A DNA stretch of 32,000 bases from Candidatus Heimdallarchaeota archaeon. Its GTDB lineage: Archaea; Asgardarchaeota; Heimdallarchaeia; JABLTI01. This document shows, in pieces, positions 28,409 through 32,000 of this stretch (the stretch's first letter is position 1; every line of letters begins with the position of its first letter). The notes below the pieces were generated by a model that worked only from the letters and a program-made list of their open reading frames with translations, had not been told where the DNA came from and ran no database searches. The stretch covers positions 71,980 to 103,979 of the forward strand of contig JAHLVW010000094.1 of assembly GCA_019058275.1 (NCBI GenBank), in the 5' to 3' direction. Both the position numbers and the translations under genes were made by a program.

Positions 28409-28567
28409 CTAGTTTTCCAACATAACTCCTGCGAGGTTTTTTCTTTGTTGCAAATCCCCTACTATCTTAAACCAACACCCATGTTTCTTAAAAAATGGAG
28501 AAGAAGATACAAGAGGAGTAAGTAGTTTCCCTTCCAAAGCGAAGAGTTTCTTTTCTTGTGTTACCAT
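28409..28567 (-). CDS. 52-codon ORF, probably the true N-terminus of the RAMP-HD gene (zero frame before a -1 shift)
   Basis: Hand translation gives MVTQEKKLFALEGKLLTPLVSSSPFFKKHGCWFKIVGDLQQRKNLAGVMLEN*. Its ATG overlaps the stop of the upstream RAMP gene (ATGGTAA, 28567-28561). LTPLVSSSPFF resembles the first strand/loop of Cas5/Cmr3/Csm4-type RAMPs. It is below the ORF-track size cutoff. Confidence 0.45.
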   Translation of the reverse strand: MVTQEKKLFALEGKLLTPLVSSSPFFKKHGCWFKIVGDLQQRKNLAGVMLEN

Positions 28568-29319
28568 GCTTCCTCCATTTGCTTCCAGAGGTTTCGTTCT
28601 TTTTCCTCCTCGATTATTTTACCATTTTTTCCAATTGTTCTTGTCCGAAAAACTTCTTGGAGAACAATCTCCAGTAATTCAATTTTACCTGAGCCATTGT
28701 TTACACTTCCTCCGAGTCCAAGTTCAGGCATGAATAGTATCGCTTTGAGAAGAAATCCTAGTTCTTCTTGTTTTAGTTCCTCGTTGAAATCTATTATGAA
28801 TGTGAATTCTCCAGAGAAATATCGTTCCCCGAAATCTTGCATTGCTTGTTTTAAACCATGTGTTAAACTATTTCTTGTTTCAGTTGCTATGTGCACTTTT
28901 TGTGCATCCCCATTCTCCCCTTTTGAATATGTTGAAACAATAACTACTGGTTCGAATTTTACTCGAGAAAATCTTTTTATTGACCCCATAATACTATGCC
29001 AAATACATTCACTTTCAGGGAAACACGCACCATTTGGATGGAATCCTTCTGGGAGTAGTTTTTCCCCACTTTGTGTTTCTGTTTTATCTGAAGAGTGACA
29101 GATCTCTACTCCTTGTTGTTTTGCTATTGCCATCATGGAGTGATTAAGTAATCCTCTTATCCCTTTCACTAAGTATCTTTTCCCATCGTTTCCATTTTCT
29201 CCATTTGTTCCTAGGAGTAGTAAGTTGTTTACTTTTCCTCCGGAAAACGCTCCATTTCCTGTCTTAGTAATGGGTGTTCTTACTCTTACTTTTATTCGCT
29301 TAAATTTTCTCGAAACCAT
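28561..29319 (-). CDS. Cas7-family RAMP protein (Csm3/Cmr4-like)
   Basis: Beta-1 RIKVRVRTPITKTGNG, VKGIRGLLNHS (29137-29169), a Cys/His cluster C74...CFPESECIWHSIMGS (as in the Csm3/Cmr4 ...C..C.lFGS motif), ETRN...GERYFSGEFTFIIDF, and a C-terminal G-rich loop LGLGGSVNNGSGKI (28684-28722). AGGTGA ribosome-binding site before the ATG at 29319. Confidence 0.65.
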   Translation of the reverse strand: MVSRKFKRIKVRVRTPITKTGNGAFSGGKVNNLLLLGTNGENGNDGKRYLVKGIRGLLNHSMMAIAKQQGVEICHSSDKTETQSGEKLLPEGFHPNGACFPESECIWHSIMGSIKRFSRVKFEPVVIVSTYSKGENGDAQKVHIATETRNSLTHGLKQAMQDFGERYFSGEFTFIIDFNEELKQEELGFLLKAILFMPELGLGGSVNNGSGKIELLEIVLQEVFRTRTIGKNGKIIEEEKERNLWKQMEEAW

Positions 29320-29353
29320 GTTTTTTCACCTTTTCTCTTAAATTCATTTTTCA

Positions 29354-29431
29354 AGATATGTTCATCGTGCATATCTTTAGTATATACTTTGTATATGGCA
29401 AACATTATTTATAAATATTCCTACCATATAC
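29354..29431. promoter_or_regulatory. Divergent promoter region with three palindromic elements around a TATA box
   Basis: AGATATG-N9-CATATCT (29354-29376). The 10-bp palindrome AGTATATACT (29379-29388). GTATATGG (29391-29398) and CCATATAC (29424-29431) bracket TTTATAAATA (29408-29417), which sits about 31 nt upstream of the AbrB-like ATG at 29449. Confidence 0.35.
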
Positions 29432-29448
29432 ATGTGGAGACAATTATT

Positions 29449-29613
29449 ATGACAGGACTAAAGTTTAGACGAAAGGTTATAATGAGCAACAGGAGTCTAA
29501 TGGTCAACATACCACAAGAGATAGCTGAAGCAATGGAAATAGAGAAAGGTGATGAGATAGAAATAACTTATCAAGAGAAGTCATTTACTTGCAAGAAGAA
29601 AATCAAAAATTGA
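29449..29613 (+). CDS. AbrB/SpoVT/MazE-type (swapped-hairpin) DNA-binding protein
   Basis: MTGLKFRRKVIMSNRSLMVNIPQEIAEAMEIEKGDEIEI fits the SpoVT-AbrB pattern (...vtIPkeir..lgi..Gd.v.i). The start is refined from the TTG at 29389 to the ATG at 29449, downstream of the TATA box. Confidence 0.55.
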   Translation: MTGLKFRRKVIMSNRSLMVNIPQEIAEAMEIEKGDEIEITYQEKSFTCKKKIKN

Positions 29614-29703
29614 TTTAGTTCAATCATATGTGCTTATTCTGTTATAACTCATTACCGAGGAGTTAATATTGATCGTACAAACAAAGCTTCGAGGAATTAC
29701 TCC

Positions 29704-31278
29704 ATGTCCGTGATTAATTGGCAAAATGATCCACTACTTTTCGATTTAGAACCTCAACCAGTTAATCAATGGGTAAATGCCAATGAGTTAATACAGCAAA
29801 ATCGGAGTGAAGAAATTTTTCTTTCAGATGGGTATCTGAACCTTTATCCTATTATGGTTCGGAAAAACGATTTTGTGAGACAGAAGGTTTCGGACCGGAT
29901 CATGGCTCGGTTTCCGTTCCTAGTCATAGACAAAGAAATACAAGAGCAAATAGTAAATAAAATCCTTCTGATCTCTGAAGTTACTCGAGACTATTTCTAC
30001 AAGTCAATCAATAAATCGATCTTGCAATGGAAACAAGACATTCTGAAATATTTAGGACGAGGAATTCTTCCATATCCAATTGTAAGATGTTGTTTCGAAT
30101 TAGTGCCAAATTTACACACTTTAATTAATGAAACCTCTCTTCGATTTACCAGTGCTCGAGGTGAAGGATTCAAGATGCCTAGAAAACTCACCAAAGAGTT
30201 AGCCTACCTAGCTGGAATGGTCAATGGCGACGGCAATCTCCAAAAGTATACTTTGCGAATCGTTGATTACTCGATTAAGAATATCAAGCAATTACAAGTA
30301 ATGTTCCAAGAATACTTTGATCAAACAGGAAACATTCTCTACAAAACACCAAACAGTCCGGAAGTGGTGATAACAAATCTCTGGGTCGTAAGACTTTTCT
30401 CATTCTTGACAGAACAACCTATAGGCATTAGGAAATATGATCATTTAGGAGAACCATTAGTTTTCAAACAGGAACCTTTTCGAACATATTACTGGTCTGG
30501 GGTTATGGATGCAGATGGGAGTTATAAGAAATCAAAAGTAACATTTGTTAGTGCTTCTTTACATTTTGCAAAAGATTTCAGAAATTTTCTTATAAACAAT
30601 AATATTGATTCAAAACTAACAGAGAGAGAGGATAACACAATCACTATATATATTCCTGTTAGATTTCATTCACTGCTAACTAAAGTATTAACTTGTTTAC
30701 ATCCAGAAAAGAAACTTGAATTTATACAATTAGATTCCGTTCCCTATCGAACAGTAGCGTTTTTTGCGGGATTCAAAGATTCAGCACTTGTCAATGATTA
30801 TTTTAATTTCAAATTAATGAACAATTTGAGTGTTGCTAATTTAGGGCAAACAATCCGCCAATTTAGGGGAGAACAACCTAGAAGAATTTTCGTTAAGAAT
30901 TTAGATATAAGTGAACGTGCTTTACAGGATATCGAAAAAGGGATAATGAGTATCAATATTTTACTTTTAGATGAAATCTTACAACATCAAAAGATATCCT
31001 TAATGCCTTTTCTTACACAACATGAAAATATTCGATACCATATTCGAGGTTCAAAACATGTTAAACTTGACACACGACCAAATGAGACTTTAACTTCTCT
31101 TCTGAAACCTCTTAAGTTTTACAAACACAGAACAAATATTCCTCTTTCTAATAATGTCCTTACACAAGAATTAGAAGATCATTTTCAAATCAAAATAACT
31201 AACAATAAAATAACGACTAAATTACTTCTACAATTCTTTTCAATATTCTGTAAAACACAATTAACGGAAAATCAGTAA
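29704..31278 (+). CDS. Free-standing double-motif LAGLIDADG protein with a C-terminal XRE-type HTH and an N-terminal region of about 165 aa with unknown function
   Basis: LAYLAGMVNGDG (30199-30234) and YWSGVMDADG (30490-30519) lie about 97 aa apart, and both keep the acidic residue. IRQFRGEQPRRIFVKNLDISERALQDIEKGIMSINILLLDEIL (about 30844-30978) looks like a Cro/C1 HTH. It is not embedded in an intron or intein host gene. Confidence 0.7.
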   Translation: MSVINWQNDPLLFDLEPQPVNQWVNANELIQQNRSEEIFLSDGYLNLYPIMVRKNDFVRQKVSDRIMARFPFLVIDKEIQEQIVNKILLISEVTRDYFYKSINKSILQWKQDILKYLGRGILPYPIVRCCFELVPNLHTLINETSLRFTSARGEGFKMPRKLTKELAYLAGMVNGDGNLQKYTLRIVDYSIKNIKQLQVMFQEYFDQTGNILYKTPNSPEVVITNLWVVRLFSFLTEQPIGIRKYDHLGEPLVFKQEPFRTYYWSGVMDADGSYKKSKVTFVSASLHFAKDFRNFLINNNIDSKLTEREDNTITIYIPVRFHSLLTKVLTCLHPEKKLEFIQLDSVPYRTVAFFAGFKDSALVNDYFNFKLMNNLSVANLGQTIRQFRGEQPRRIFVKNLDISERALQDIEKGIMSINILLLDEILQHQKISLMPFLTQHENIRYHIRGSKHVKLDTRPNETLTSLLKPLKFYKHRTNIPLSNNVLTQELEDHFQIKITNNKITTKLLLQFFSIFCKTQLTENQ

Positions 31279-31466
31279 TAATCTGGTTAAAATAGTAAAG
31301 GAACCAATGAGTAAAGAAAAAAACCAAACTTATCTGTCAAAAATTAGACAAAAAAAATTCAAAAAAGAAAACTAAAATGAAAAGCTAAAAGTTAATAGCA
31401 TTAAGAAGAATTATTAATAGAAGAAATACATCTTTCTTTATATTGGAAATCCGAAGGTGGTAAAAA

Positions 31467-32000
31467 TTGAACGCAGGATACTCAAAATCACCTATACGTG
31501 AAGCTATTTGTCAATTTAAATTTCAAAATAAGAAAGAGTGGGATTGGACAATTCCAGGTATAATTTACCAAAAAATAGAAAAAGAGTATCCGATAAAGAA
31601 AGAGTTAACAGCTTTTGGTTTTAGTTTTCCTCTTAAAAAAGAAGATGTTGAAACAACTGAATATCTGCCTTTAGTGAAAAAACCTGAGGGTATGCGTTTT
31701 CTAAATGAAGATAAAAATCGAATAATACAGGTTCAAGAAAAAACACTTTCCATTTTCATGCAATAGCCTTATTCCTCGTGGAAAGATTTCAAAAAGCAAA
31801 TTATGAAAATATTAGAAATTTACACAAAATTGCTAAAACCTGATGGAATTGTACGCATTGGTTTAAGATACATAAATAATTTCAATTTCTTACCTGATAG
31901 ATTTGAGGTAGAGAAATATTTTAATTACTATCCAGCATTCCCTAATAAAATACAAGCCACTATGGGGGAATTGATTGTTAGAAGCACAATACCCATACCA
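31467..32000 (+). pseudogene. TIGR04255-family protein gene interrupted by an in-frame TAG (31764-31766); runs off the window
   Basis: YSKSPIREAICQFKFQ is the family's N-terminal signature. After the TAG, the same frame stays open for 78 codons to the window end and contains the family's GIVRIGLRYINNF motif. The TTG start has GGTGG upstream. Confidence 0.55.

Noticed and set aside
28556-29098. 180-aa plus-strand ORF from the track
   Set aside because: It lies entirely antisense to the RAMP gene, which has clear family motifs and a ribosome-binding site. Its translation is Ser/Pro/Phe-rich and low in complexity, typical of a shadow ORF.
2660-30194. The remaining short track ORFs (for example 2660-2851, 2697-2936, 4762-4995, 5725-5928, 7544-7726, 9401-9586, 9742-9948, 10188-10406, 10602-10841, 11264-11503, 12841-13071, 14188-14472, 14545-14883, 14935-15282, 15849-16184, 18304-18489, 19764-19976, 20178-20551, 21349-21618, 24098-24378, 24698-24922, 25544-25945, 26068-26274, 26913-27098, 29997-30194)
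   Set aside because: Each lies antisense to, or out of frame within, a longer CDS with recognisable family motifs. None has a ribosome-binding site or motifs of its own. In AT-rich genomes such shadow ORFs are expected.
31307-31375. 22-codon Lys-rich ORF (MSKEKNQTYLSKIRQKKFKKEN) in the A-rich spacer
   Set aside because: Its composition simply reflects the poly-A-rich spacer. It has no ribosome-binding site and no conservation signal that can be assessed.
27475-31466. Direct repeats (att-like) flanking the RAMP/AbrB/LAGLIDADG block as mobile-island borders
   Set aside because: The only shared strings between 27475-27539 and 31279-31466 are short A/T homopolymer-rich words (TGTCAAAAA, AAAAAAAATT, CTGGTT). 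In this low-complexity sequence that is not distinguishable from chance.
31764-31766. Pyrrolysine or genome-wide TAG reassignment as the explanation for the in-frame TAG
   Set aside because: TAG terminates at least two well-supported genes in this window (ending at 1075 and 23614). No pyl genes are visible here, and TIGR04255 proteins are not known Pyl proteins. A nonsense mutation or sequencing error is the simpler explanation.
26352-32000. CRISPR array or leader associated with the RAMP/HD genes
   Set aside because: I looked through all ORF-free stretches here (26352-26492, 27475-27539, 29320-29448, 29614-29703, 31279-31466) and elsewhere in the window. None contains regularly spaced direct repeats of 24-40 nt.

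Overview
The window is a visibly AT-rich archaeal chromosome segment. Archaeal hallmarks include a Nop5-fibrillarin operon, ribosomal protein L44e, Cdc48, a TrmB regulator, a class III signal-peptide pilin-like protein, TATA-type promoters and GGTGA-type ribosome-binding sites. A eukaryote-like Snf7/ESCRT-III gene suggests an Asgard (Loki-like) origin, but this is inference. Positions 1-26.8 kb are mostly housekeeping: esterase, PadR, a tRNA, YjbQ, a polyferredoxin, Sir2, the C/D snoRNP proteins, a PAC2 chaperone, an Mrp/DsrEFH/DsrE2/TusA sulfur-relay cluster, a Znu/Tro-type metal ABC importer, a GtrA-GT2 glycosyltransferase, an ABC-2 exporter, CysS and Cdc48. Two things stand out. (1) At 12596-12744 the only 5S rRNA-like sequence is encoded in circularly permuted order (3' two-thirds, a 2-nt linker, then the 5' third). 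It is bracketed by a perfect 11-bp leader/trailer helix and a duplicated CCGGAA, so cutting and ligating would restore a canonical loop C. (2) At 27540-31278 there is an accessory block with no CRISPR array, cas1/cas2, cas10 or Cas3 helicase. It contains a Csm3/Cmr4-like Cas7 RAMP gene translationally coupled to a small-RAMP/Cas3''-type HD nuclease gene. That second gene is split by a -1 frame change exactly on an A_AAA_AAC slippery heptamer. Divergently transcribed from this pair are an AbrB-like gene and a free-standing double-LAGLIDADG protein with a C-terminal HTH. A TIGR04255-like gene with an in-frame TAG follows. All family assignments come from motif recognition by eye; no searches were run.
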